Part shown: positions 1 to 12,730 of the stretch, piece by piece | Numbering within the stretch: position 1 is the first letter of the stretch | How the letters are laid out: every line of letters starts with the position of its first letter | Assembly (NCBI GenBank): GCA_964016885.1 | Contig: OZ024742.1 | Coordinates: 242,420,001-242,484,000, forward strand | Direction: 5' to 3' | From: Eledone cirrhosa | Lineage: Eukaryota | DNA: 64,000 bases | Translations under genes and position numbers: made by a program | Notes under the pieces: generated by a model | What the model saw: only the letters and a program-made list of their open reading frames with translations | The model's database searches: none | What the model was told of the DNA's origin: nothing

Positions 1-129
1 CAATGCAATATATAATACAGAAATAAAATTTAATATATGCATATACACACACACTCACACACATATATATACACACACATATACACATTTACACATACAC
101 ATATTAACACAAATATATATATATATATG

Positions 130-1672
130 CACTATAATAGAATAATCACCCTGACGGTGTGATTAAACAATACTAAAATCAAAAAAATATTGACATTAAA
201 AAACATAAATACTTCCAACGTACCATGCAAAGTCAACATAACATGTATAAAAACATAACGTATACCACAGGGTAAAAATAATACCATAAATAAAATAAAG
301 TATGGTAAAAAAATATATATATGGTAAAGAATATATAATATACACAATAAATAATGAAATATAACAGGTAAATATTTACCGATAAATACCGATAAAATAA
401 AATTAAAATAAATGAGCGTATAGCAAATATACGATAAGAAGTATATAGATATAGGCAATTCAAATACATACAGCAATATAATATTACATATTAATATTTC
501 AACAGCAAACATATAAATCATATTTACTCAATATATTCATCCACACAAGTGACAAAGGAAAGGAAAGACAGACAGAAGCAACAAATTATAAAACAAAAAC
601 AAAAACGCGTAGGCACAACAAACTGCTAGGTGAAAATTAATGATACAAGTCAAATAACTGAATCGAAACCCTTCTTAATTTTAATTAATTTATTAAAAGT
701 TAAATAAACATTATGGTACACTCCATTTGGAACAAATTTTAAGTCACTAATACCGATAGAAATTAAGATATTCCAATAAATGAGCGAAGACATTCATCGA
801 ATATATATTTAATTTCCGTTATGACGACTGACGTTATTCAAAGTAAAGATTCCAATAAAATCTATGGTGGACAAAAAGGAACAGAAAGAAGTAAAACTAT
901 GGAGGACAAGAAGGAACATAAAGATATAATATATATATTCAATAAGGCAAAGATTAAGTGTAGAAAAAAATGAAGTTCATTAACCGTAGATGTAGAAGAC
1001 AAAAATTAAACTATTAGTTAATCAAGGAGACAATAAGATACTCTCCAACTAGGGATGAATATAAAGATAGAAATATATTAGTCGACAAAGGATGAGTATA
1101 AAGATAGAGATATAATAATGGACAAGGGACTAAATAGGCTAAATAAGCTAAAAAAACTAGAAAACTAAAAATTAATAAACCGAAGAAAACTAATAATAAT
1201 AATAACAAACTAAAAAAAAATAAAATGATAAGCAATCCAAACAGCTATTGAATACGAATACGCCACAAAACAATTGTGTTATACATATAACTAAACATCC
1301 ACACACATATACATATTCACAAACAATATATATCTACAAATATACCCACAGATACAAAACCCTATACCCACAGAACCACTCACGTGCTAAACTTTCACAT
1401 ACCAACCATCTCAAGAGAGTGTGTGTATCCATTCGCCAATGATGAAGTATCTACGTCCAGCTATAGAAGACGCCATCCTGTATAGACACCATAACTCACA
1501 GAAAAGAGTAAGAACATACAGAATATAGAAATAAAAAAAAAAATAAAAATAAAAATAAAAATAAAATATAAAATATAAAAAATATCTAGACAAGACGTCT
1601 AATCCAGAATAGTAAAGTGAGATTCAGAAAAATCAACTACCTGAGCTTTTAGGTTTATAATAGAAGAAGGAA
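130..1672 (-). mobile_element. Probable long T-rich 3' UTR of the PLE at 1673-1975
   Basis: Strongly strand-biased tract (A-rich on +) running from the endonuclease stop to the TA/CA tract near 120. Confidence 0.4.
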
Positions 1673-1975
1673 TTAGAGATAGCATGCGGACAGGATGAAA
1701 AGATTTCTATTAAGTAATACATTTTTAGAGAAGATTATACAATGGGTTTCTAGAATGCAAAGATTACAGAATTTAGCGTGGGTGGAATAATGGTTAGAAT
1801 AGGCTACAATCCGCCAATGCAGACTGTACGGTATACCGGTCCCTTTCAAATCCCAAACATGATGCGCCAAAGAAGTTGAGTTTTTAAATTAAATATGTTT
1901 AAAGTTAGAGACATGCAAATTAAACCTCGTTTTAAATGAATTAGAGGTGGAGCCTATATAAGTTTTACAAGATAC
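1673..1975 (-). pseudogene. PLE GIY-YIG endonuclease C-terminal fragment, 5'-truncated at a (TA)n tract
   Basis: Minus frame reads [21 protein letters not shown]..(stop)..TSLAHHVWDLK..WRIV..CNLCILE..LLNR. It has the YIG motif, catalytic R and E, and terminal LN. Confidence 0.8.
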
Positions 1976-2901
<926 letters not shown>

Positions 2902-2902
<1 letters not shown>

Positions 2903-3668
2903 CTAACAGCATTACCCAGCGTTGCCTGGGTAGGTAAAATAATATCTGCTTCGATGAAAAGGTGTTGATCTTAGCGACTGCTTCTCGATAACTCATCTAT
3001 GGCCACACACAGGCCATGCGGGGGAGGGTGGTGATGACCTCTATCATTGAGAAACCCGGGTGACTAACGAAGGGGCATGCTGGAGGAGGGAGTTTCGAAT
3101 TTGAACGAAATCGGTTGAAAATGTGGGAGCTAGAATCGAAAAGGCGGAAATTTGAGCGAAAAGGTGGTATTAAATGTAAAGCCACTTTAAGACGTGAAAT
3201 AATCAGATCTAGCGTAGTGTTAAATTTGAACAAAGTAGGTTGATTAATGTGAGGCTAGAGCCGAAAAAGTGGAAATTTGAGACTAAAAGTGGTATTTTTG
3301 AATATTTAAGCCGCTGCCACGCCGTCCCTGACTAACAAATGCAAAATATAAAGTTATAACAGGATGTCCAATCATAATTTCTATTTTGCTTTAAAGTTTG
3401 AACGAAATCGGTGATAAAATGTGGGATCTAGAGCCAAATATCTTATTTTTCGATATCTAATAAAATGTGACCCCCCCCCCCTATCGATTTTTATCTGCAG
3501 AATGAGCCGGGAATAACAAAAAGATACGCTGATATATGGAAAACTCTCCCCGATGACTAATCTATGAGCCTGTAAAGTTTCATGAAAATCGGCCGTAAGA
3601 TGTAGGCGCCTATAGGTAATACACACACACACACCCACACACATATTAATGTTATATATATACAGATA
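2902..3668 (-). mobile_element. Non-autonomous Helitron-like element
   Basis: Minus strand starts A|TCTGTATATATATAAC and ends with hairpin CCCAGGCAACGCTGGG then TTAG|T (CTRR variant). Confidence 0.6.
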
Positions 3669-3684
3669 TATACACACTCACATT

Positions 3685-3740
<56 letters not shown>

Positions 3741-3742
<2 letters not shown>

Positions 3743-4412
3743 AAAAGAATGAAACGAAATTTCATTTCTCACTCTTAGTACGGCTGGTACTTAGTACGGC
3801 GTGGTTCGGGCTGTTTGTTTACAAACAAGCCCAGCGTTATAATAAATGTTCGGTAAACCCATACGTACATATATATATGTGTGCATGTATGTATATATAT
3901 ATACATACTACTGTACGTCTGTATACATATATGTATGTACGTATACATACATACTTGTATACATATATGTATGTACGTATACATACATACTTACATTTAA
4001 GTACCAGCCGTACTAAGAGTGAGAAATGAAATTTCATTTCATTCTTTTCCATTTATCGTTTTCGGTGCACCCGGCCGACTAACTCACTCGATATGCAAAT
4101 TAGGCTGCTCAGCCGTTAATATACATAAGGAAAGTATATACTTTCAGACGTTCAACCATCTGACAGAAAGGTATACGATGCTGACGATAGCTAATAAGCT
4201 TGAAACTAGTACATCGTTCCTGTGTCAAAAAGGTGACGATGTTTGCCTTAACACTATGCGGCGTGGTTTGGGCTGTTTGTTAACAAACAAGCCGAGCATT
4301 ATAATAAATGTTCGGTAAACCCATACGTACATATATATATGTGTGCATGTATATATATATACATACTACTGAACGTCTGTATACATATATTTATGTACGT
4401 ATACATGCATAA
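3741..4412 (+). mobile_element. Retrozyme-like element family A, locus 1: ~1.3 tandem units plus inverted 3741-3793 segment
   Basis: Unit repeats (CGGCGTGGTT at ~3797 and ~4259); homologous to the 17723, 21139 and 52645 loci; no ORF; contains an HHR. Confidence 0.8.
4175..4217 (+). ncRNA. Minimal type I hammerhead ribozyme, family A
   Basis: ACGATG-CTGACGA-TAGC TAATAA GCTT-GAA-ACTAGT-A-CATCGT: perfect stem I, intact core, palindromic stem III. Predicted GUA cleavage after 4211. Confidence 0.88.
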
Positions 4413-4594
4413 TTATATATATATTAAGGGACCATATGTGATATGTACACACACAAATATATATATATGGTTATATATATGTTTATATACATATATATAA
4501 ACATATATATAGCCATATATATATATATATATATATATGTGTGTATATAAACATATATATAACCATATATATATATATATGTGTGTGTGTGTAG

Positions 4595-4715
4595 TGAAGG
4601 CGTGTGGCTGAGTGGTTAGAGAATTGGATTCGCAATCGTAAGGTTGTGAGTTCGATTCCTGGACCAGGCGATGCGTTATGTCCTTGAGCAAGACACTTTA
4701 TTTCACGTTGCTCCT
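4595..4715 (+). mobile_element. tRNA-derived SINE head
   Basis: A box TGGCTGAGTGG and B box GTTCGATTCC, then TGTCCTTGAGCAAGACACTT body; no tRNA acceptor stem. Confidence 0.75.
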
Positions 4716-5247
4716 TCTACCTGGAGTTGCGACCGATAGGTAGTATTAGCAATTGGAAAGACCAACGGAAACATTGTTCCTTCGGTTCGATTTGACGAAA
4801 GTCGATCGTTCAAAAAAGAAAAAAAAATATGTGTGTGTGTGTACATATCACATATTTTCCCTTAATTCTTGGTGGAGTTGTAAGGGTGATCTGTGGCAGA
4901 TCAGTATTCACAGATTTGGTTGGATATCGACTGTAATTAAAATCGAGCGACGTAGCATCTTACAAAAAGCGATTTTTAGACACACAGGACTAATGAAACA
5001 ATTGTTAATGCTTTGAATAAGTCTATTGTACAGCCGACCACATTATTCTTCACTCATTTACTATTATGACTCCAAGAACCGTTTATCTATGAACTGTTCT
5101 GAATCGGCCACCCGGCTATGGAAACTTTTTGTTGAGTCAAACAAGCCGAAGCGTTAAAACTATCCTCTATATAGTACTCATAACCGTTACTTGGATAACC
5201 TTAAACGATATCTCGTTAACTATATATATATTTATAGAGAGAAAAAT

Positions 5248-5298
5248 GGCTTCTACATGACTAGAACTGTTTCATTCGGGAGAAATCATCAGGAAGCC
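5248..5298 (-). ncRNA. Hammerhead ribozyme, family B
   Basis: rc GGCTTC-CTGATGA-TTTCTCCCGAAT-GAA-ACAG TTCTAGTC ATGT-A-GAAGCC; stem I GGCTTC/GAAGCC. Confidence 0.75.
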
Positions 5299-5449
5299 TG
5301 ATGATTTATACTCTGCTATGTACTGAGAACCTTACTTACTGTGGTTACTTCCGATTGAACCCGAGATAAACATATATATATATATTAAAATAACAGATTA
5401 AAGTTTAAGCAAAGAATCGCTGCTTTCACCCTTAACGGGATCTTCTGGT

Positions 5450-5499
5450 AGTTTCAGAAGATCCCGTTAAGGGTGAAAGCATCGATTTTTGCTTAAACT
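5450..5499 (+). ncRNA. Hammerhead-like motif, family C (CAGAAGA core variant), in an inverted duplication at ~5384-5517
   Basis: AGTTT-CAGAAGA-TCCC GTTAA GGGT-GAA-AGCA..TGCT-T-AAACT, followed by AATAAA. Confidence 0.6.
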
Positions 5500-5720
5500 T
5501 TAATCTTTTATTTTAATAAATATTTGCTCTACGGTTCTTATATATTTGATATATATTTATCCTTATCGAGCCCTCTTTGGATTTTAGTCTTCAAATTTAT
5601 TATTATTACTATATATATATATATAGTGGTAGAATACTGGAAGGTAATATCCGTAGTGGGAGAGCACTCAGTCCATGGGACGAGTTAGGTAGAAGTGGTT
5701 ACACAACAGTTAGTTCACCA

Positions 5721-5763
5721 TACTGAGAACAATTGTTTCACCTCAGCGGATCCTCAGCTCGTA
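5721..5763 (-). ncRNA. Minimal hammerhead ribozyme, family D
   Basis: rc TACGAG-CTGAGGA-TCC GCTGA GGT-GAA-ACAATTGT-T-CTCAGTA; palindromic stem III. Confidence 0.7.
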
Positions 5764-6243
5764 ATATATATATATATCCTTCTTTATTATTTACAAGTTA
5801 CACTTTATAGTGTTATATATACATCCAATCACCTGAAGACACACGATAATATTTAAAAACAAAAAAATTGTTCGCTGGATAAATGTAATGTAGGATACAC
5901 TGTGTCTGGATACTCTACTTGATTAGAGGTGTTAGGCGATTGTTGTTAGACCTTTTTCTTTTGTACTCTTCTCGCTATTTAGACCGAGATTTTATCTGCA
6001 GACATTTGAAACTTCAGCGAGACACACTTGCACCTACACTGTAACAGCCACTTATACACACAAATAAACAAGGATACACACACACGCAATCGCACCCAGG
6101 CGCAGAAGCACACTCAATAACACGCGCACACGTGCGCCTGCTCGCGCAATCACGCATGCATACACACTCTCATGCTCAAACAAACACGCTCACACAAGTG
6201 CTATAATTACAAATGCTCATACACATTCCTTTCCTCGCTCTCC

Positions 6244-6291
<48 letters not shown>

Positions 6292-6637
6292 AATACTCTA
6301 TATTCCTGCCTGACTACCACGTTTTTATTTCTGTTAGTGTTCTGTTTGCCTCGTGGTCTATAACGTTATTTTTTATTTCTCTATTTCTTTCGTTCCTTCT
6401 TTCTTCCTTTTGTTCGTCTTTATTTATTTATTTATTTATTTATTTGCTTTTTATTCCATTGTTGCTCTGAAATATCATCCATCTTGATGTATTTGCTTGT
6501 GGTAAAGTGTGAAAAGGGAATCGTGTGTCCAGGGATTTCAATGCTATTTGCCCATGGTTGTGCTTGGCAAATATTGTCTATTTTACACACATACAATAAC
6601 TAACGCACACAGCTCGCCTTCTCTCTCCTACTCTGCC

Positions 6638-6688
<51 letters not shown>

Positions 6689-7261
6689 GAGAGAGAGAGA
6701 AAGATAATGGACACGAATGTGTATGTGTGGCCATATGTTTATTGTAAGTAAGTAAGAGAGAGAACAGGAGAGGGATACATGAATAAAAAGGATTCTCGCT
6801 GTAACTGAGAGGTTTGTAGTCACTTAGAATCATTTCACGATAGGTGTTCTCGTTCAAAGTAATACATCTTCATAACAAAGTCAGTCATGTGTGTAAATTC
6901 AACATAGAAGCTTCTATTTCAATCACCACAAGAACATTTTGCCTGTGCAGTTATGTTGAACAGGATGAATCTATTTCTTCGATCTTTTGTAAAAGAACAT
7001 AGGAAAGAAAGAGTGCTAATTTTTTTTTCTTTTATTGGCTTCGATATTTTTATCCTAGGCCATACTAGAGCTACCATCTTCTATGTAATAGCTGATTATA
7101 TCGACCTATTACTTATTCTATCAATCGCAAATGTATTAATGTCAAACTGAACATAGGCGGGATTTAAGCTCAGAGCATAACTGCATCCCATAACATGCTT
7201 TGGCAGACTCTGTTCATGCCATTTATCTGCCAAGAACTTTAAGCAAAATAGTAGCGACCGC

Positions 7262-7440
7262 TTTCTGATCCAGCCTGCACAGTGGAAATTTCCGGCGTTC
7301 TTGGGCCCTGGACCGTATGTTACTCATTGCTATCGAAGCAGAGTTGCCTACCCGCAAATGCGAGCCCCACGAGTTGGAGTGGCTGTTCCAGCGCGTCTCC
7401 CTCACTATTCTCTGAGACAATGCCTTCTCCATCCAGTCCA
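7262..7440 (+). mobile_element. CRE-like LINE 3' remnant
   Basis: VEISGVLGP...ELEWLFQRVSLTIL.DNAFSI, homologous to 7761-8003 and 58855-59260. Confidence 0.6.
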
Positions 7441-7739
7441 GTAAGCCAGGACCATGGGGCGGACGGACTTTTAACCTACATTGGTATACTGAAGACAGTT
7501 ACACCAATGTTGTTTTCAATATTTTAATGCTAGAATGTTTTTAACTGAAAAACACTGACTTTTTTCTGTCTTCAGTTATGATTCTATTATTTCACATGTA
7601 GGATGCTCTATCAGAGATATTGGATCCACAAGTGTTTGACATCTAATGTATTAATGAAGGAATAATGGTCGGATATGTAAGTATCAACAGCAACATAGAA
7701 TTGCTAAATGTGTCCGAACACGGAAGAGCTGAACTCCCA

Positions 7740-8075
7740 CTGTCATCGCCTCCATCTCTCTCACCCTCTCCATCTCTCTGTATTATGAGCAAATGGGATC
7801 CCACGTGCTGGCCGCCCCACGGCCCCGGCGGACAGGATGGAGAAGGCGTTTCCCCGGTGGATGGTAAGGGAGATGCGCTGGAAGAGCCATTCCATCTCGC
7901 GAGGTTCACACCTGAGTCTAGCCAGCTCAGCGTCTATGGTGCTAAGTAGGGAGGTAGCCCTAGGGCCATAAACACCAGAAATCTCCACTGCTAGGGGCTC
8001 CACTACAAATCAGTCGCAGAGCGACCGTTACTTGAAGAGTTTGCCCTCCTCAACCCGAACTGCAGCATAACCTGG
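7740..8075 (-). mobile_element. CRE-like (RLE-type) LINE 3' fragment
   Basis: EPLAVEISGVYGP...EMEWLFQRISLTIHRGNAFSIL, a typical C-terminus of restriction-like endonuclease LINEs. Confidence 0.75.
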
Positions 8076-8719
8076 GTTAATCTAATTTATCGATTCTGAA
8101 AAATAAAAACGCAAACTTAACGGAGTCAGAATGTAAAATGCCAAAACTAAATATTTTGCCTATTTTGTTCGATGCTCCGTAAACTCCGACAATCCATATT
8201 TTTTCTGTCTCGTTTTTTTTTTTTGTTTTTGTTTTTTTTTCTGTTGTTGCTGTTTTTTGTTGGTGAGGCATTGATGTCTTGTTTCGTCCATTTCTTCCAT
8301 TTATTTTCCTTCGCAACCATCTCTCATTTCACATAGCCATGTGTACACAATTAAGATACTAATATAGACTTTCACAGTTAATCGCTATTTAGAGGAGAAA
8401 GAGAAAATGATGTCAGACAAATGACGCAATGTGACTTAGCGATTTAATCCTCACTTGGATACACAAGCATAAAAACATTTATAGCTACCGTCAGAAAATA
8501 TTTTACAAATAAATACATAAGTCAAGCTATTATATGTAAAAACTCGTTGTTCTTTTTTAGACAAGTGAGGAGGAACGGGTGGAAGAAAGGCAGATAAAGA
8601 GAGAAGAGGAAAAAGAAAATGAAAGGAAAAAAGAATAATGGCTGAGAGAGAAAAGATGAACTAAAAAGAAAAGAAAGAGAGGGAGAATGATAAAAAGAGA
8701 AAGGACAAAAGATAAACAG

Positions 8720-8906
8720 AATAATTGTTTCTACTTTTGGCACAAGGCCAGCAAATACCCAGTGTATTACTGGTACTTTATTTTATCGACCCCGTAAGGA
8801 TGAAAGGCAGAGTTAACCTCGGCGGGATTTGAACTCAGATCATAAAGGGAGGTAACTCTATGCTTCAAAGCATGGCGTCCGACCCTCTACCGATACTGCC
8901 AATCCA
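8720..8906 (-). mobile_element. tRNA-derived SINE (abundant family S1)
   Basis: rc TGGATTGGCAGTATCGGTAGAG..GAGTTCAAATCCCGCC..GCCTTTCATCCTTACGGGGTCGATAAAA..GGCCTTGTGCC; more than 12 copies in the window. Confidence 0.85.
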
Positions 8907-8919
8907 TAAACAGAATAAT

Positions 8920-9037
8920 GAAAGGGAGAAAGAAAGAAAGAACAGAAGGAAAGAAAGAAAGAAAAAAGGAGAAACGAAAGAAGGAAAGAAATGAAGAAAG
9001 AAAGAAAGAAAAAAGAAAGAAGGAAAGAAATAAGGAC

Positions 9038-9100
<63 letters not shown>
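8920..9100. repeat. (AAAG)n microsatellite
   Basis: Directly visible. Confidence 0.9.
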
Positions 9101-9562
9101 GAACGTTTTCGGTTCGGAAATGCTTTTCTTTGAATATTCATATAGGGGAGGGGAGGTGTTTTTCTTGTTGTTTTTTGGTTTGGTTTTGCCATTTCTTTTC
9201 TTTTCTTTTTTTTTTTTTTTTCTATCGATACTTTTTAATATTAAAGTTTAAAAAAAAAATGTGCAGGCAATTGTGTATTTTAATCTCCATGTTTAAAACT
9301 CTGAAAAGTAATTATAGATTTTGGTGAAATAAAACAAAGCCTTTCATTAATATGTTTGTATTTTTCTTTTATTTCAGATACTAATCAATGAAATGTCTGG
9401 GGGGAAAGGTAGGAGATAAGAGGGAAGATTTTTTGTTATTGCTTTGTTTCTTTTTTACATAACCACTTAGGCGTGAATTCTAATCTAGAAGAAAGAAGCA
9501 TATCTTTAAAAAAAAAACGTTACGTATTCAGTAAAAATGTCAGGCATACAGAAACTCTGTCA

Positions 9563-9890
<328 letters not shown>

Positions 9891-10048
9891 TTAGGTCCGT
9901 CTTCGTATCGGTTTCTTAATGCAAAAGGTGCGTTATATCATTGTAGAGTGTAATTGTATATTTAGAATTAACCGCTAGCCTTTTACTCAGGCTTGCCTCC
10001 CTTGGGTTTTCGAGACAGGGTATATATGTGTATATATATATATATATG

Positions 10049-11086
10049 AGCCACGACCCTCACCCGAGAGCAGCTCGACTCCTTTCTCTCCTTCTTCTGC
10101 TCCTTCCACCACTCCCTCCACTTCAGCACCTCTATCGCCACCACCCACGTCCACTTCTTAGACATCACCGTCGCCTTCGACCCCTCCCACCACTCCCTCG
10201 TCACCTCCGCCTTCTTCAAACCCACCGACCCCCACTCCTACCTCGATTTCACCTCTTCCCACCCTATACACACTAAACACTCTATTCCCTACTCCCAACT
10301 TCTCCTTCAGGATCCGCCGCCTCTGCAGCCGAGATGCTGACTTTGAGTCCCAGGCCCTTTCCCTAGTCAGCCATTTCATCCGCAGAAGCTCCCCCCCCCT
10401 CTCGTCCACACCGCTCTCACCTGCGCCCGTGCTGTCCACCGCTCCACCACCCTCACCCCACGCCACCGCACACCCACCGTCTCCCCTTCCCCATCACCTA
10501 CCACCCATCCACCCTACCCCTCCACCGCCTCTTCCTCCGCCTCCAGTCCGACTCCTCCACCTCCCACATCTTCCCAGCCCCACCACTCCCCTCCTTCAAA
10601 CGCGCACGCAATCTCCGCACCCTCCTCGTCCGCAGCTCCCTACCCCCAACCCACGCTCTCTTCCCCCCCCGTTCCCTTCCCTGTTCCAGACCTCGTTGCA
10701 GCACCTGTCCTCACATCACCAACACCACCACCTTCCAAGGTCCCAACGGCCACTCTCTCTCTGTCCGGCACGCCTTCCGCTGCACCTCCTCCAACCTAGT
10801 CTATGGACTTCGCTGCACGGAGTGTAGCGCAACCTACGTCGGACTGACTGGACATCGCCTGGCGGACCGTTTTACCGAACAGCTCCGGGATATTCGTCTC
10901 GGCGGTAGTTTCCCCATCGCCCGCCACTTTGGCGCCCCTGGACATTCCGCGCACCACCTCACAGTCTGTGTCCTACTCAAATGCCACGAAACACCCGCCA
11001 CCCTCCTCAGGGTCGAACAACGCACCATCTTCACCCTACAGACCCACACTCCCCCCGGCCTGAACTCCCCATCCCTATTCCTTTAG
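10049..11086 (+). pseudogene. PLE pol fragment: RT C-terminus, Cys linker and GIY-YIG endonuclease; frameshifted
   Basis: FLDITV..FFKPTDPHSYLDFTSSHPIHTKHSIPYSQ..RIRRLCS; PCSRPRCSTC; NLVYGLRCTECSATYVGLTGHRLADRF..E..GLN; TAG at 11084-11086. Confidence 0.88.
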
Positions 11087-12218
11087 CCTTCGACCCCCCC
11101 CCCCCCCCCCACACACACACACGTATCCCCCACTAACACCACTAACACACCCCACCTTTTCACCGCTCACCCCACAAGTAACAATACTAACACTCCCACC
11201 CCACCCCCGACCACCCTTCCCCAACTAACAATACTAACATCCCTCCTTTCTTCTCCCCCCTCCCCTTATCACGCACACACCCACCGGTACATATATACAC
11301 ACCCTACTACCACCACTAACCCTCACACCCACACATCCACTCTCACTAGCCCACAACTAATACCACTAACACCCCCCCCCAATCCCACGCACACAAACAC
11401 ACACACCCATTTACACCACCCACTCTACACACCCCACCACCACTGACCCCCACTAACACCCGCATTCAACCCTTTCCCCACCACCAGTATACTAACACCC
11501 ACTAACACCCCCTTCACCACACACACACTCATCCAAACACGCACACACACACCAGTACACTACACTCCCTCCACCGGCCCCCACATCTTTCTCTCCCCCT
11601 CCCCCTCCCCGTTCCACCCACACCCTTTCTCACACACACACACACACATCCCACTAACACCTCTACTAATACACACACCCTCCACACCTCACCTTTCACA
11701 CCTACCCATCCTCTCCCCCGTCCACCGCACCTCCGCAGACACTGACACACCGACTTTCTCCACCTGCCATTCTCCCCAACTGCTGCTATGCCCTGAATCT
11801 ATGACCACCTCTCCGCACACACAGACACAACCCTCCTCCTGCCTTTACCCTCTGACCACTTCCTGTTCCGCGCGCACCCCACATCTCCCCTTTTCCGACC
11901 AACCCAACCACGGATTACACACATTGGACATCGCTCCCACGAATCAACTCCATCACAAGGAAATTACCTGGCATCGCACCACATCCTCTACGGAATTACC
12001 TTAGGCACTTACCCACGGACATACACTAAAAAAAAAAAAAAAAAAAAATGTTTTCCCACACACACGTGCGTACCACCACATATTTACACACTCCGGAATC
12101 CTCTCCTCCCCTCCCTCACCCTTCTGACCCCTCCCCATCCACACACGCACACACACACCGACCTATACCCCACACACACCTTTTCCTGAACATGCAACCC
12201 CGTTCTTCCGCCAACTCT

Positions 12219-12257
<39 letters not shown>

Positions 12258-12504
12258 ACACCTACACACACACCATCTTCAGCCCTCCCCACTCGGACAC
12301 CCCACCTCTCTCTCCCCACTCCACCCGCCACCACCCCTACACGCCCCACACCCTTCCACCACTTGTTTTACTTCATGTTTATTTTTATTTTTATTATGCT
12401 TTTATATTTATTTTCATTTGTACCGTTTCCTCTCACCCCCTTTTTTCTAAATGTCTCTCCCCCACTCCCTTAGACACCCTTGGAACTCTCTTCCCACACA
12501 CTTT

Positions 12505-12540
12505 TCGCCTGAAGAAGGACTTATGCCCGAAACGTCGTTC
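12505..12540 (+). ncRNA. Hammerhead core in PLE pLTR (family F); stem I degenerate
   Basis: CTGAAGA-AGG ACTTATG CCC-GAAACGTC, the minimal PLE-type HHR signature. Confidence 0.6.
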
Positions 12541-12626
12541 CCCACCACCACCCCACTCTCAAGAGCGTAAAACTAATAAACCTTTGTTCGTACTGCCTCT
12601 CTGTTTTGTTCCCGTTCAAGTTTTCA

Positions 12627-12730
12627 CTATATATATAGTGCAAATTTATACGGGAACAAAACAGAGAGGCAGACAAATAAAGGTTTATTAGGTTCACGCT
12701 CTTGAGAGTGGGGGTGGGGGTGGGGGGGAC
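12627..12730 (-). mobile_element. Inverted short copy of the same pLTR 3' end (tail-to-tail); another fragment at 17665-17710
   Basis: Reverse complement of ~12545-12620 across a short TA spacer. Confidence 0.8.

Larger units (their letters stand above)
10049..12620 (+). mobile_element. 5'-truncated C-rich PLE with long 3' UTR and terminal pLTR
   Basis: Bounded by TA tracts on both sides; ends with an HHR core (12509), AATAAA (~12575) and the 3' terminus ..TTTTCAC|TATA. Confidence 0.8.

Noticed and set aside
4598-4670. tRNA gene
   Set aside because: A and B boxes are present but there is no acceptor stem, and it continues into a SINE body.
6790-6890. Minus-strand ATGAAGA..GAAA hammerhead-like pattern
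   Set aside because: Core altered and stems I and III poorly paired.
8887-9251. Lys/Glu/Arg-rich ORFs
   Set aside because: Produced by the (AAAG)n repeat.
10429-10827. Proline-rich ORF
   Set aside because: Off-frame reading of the C-rich PLE pol.
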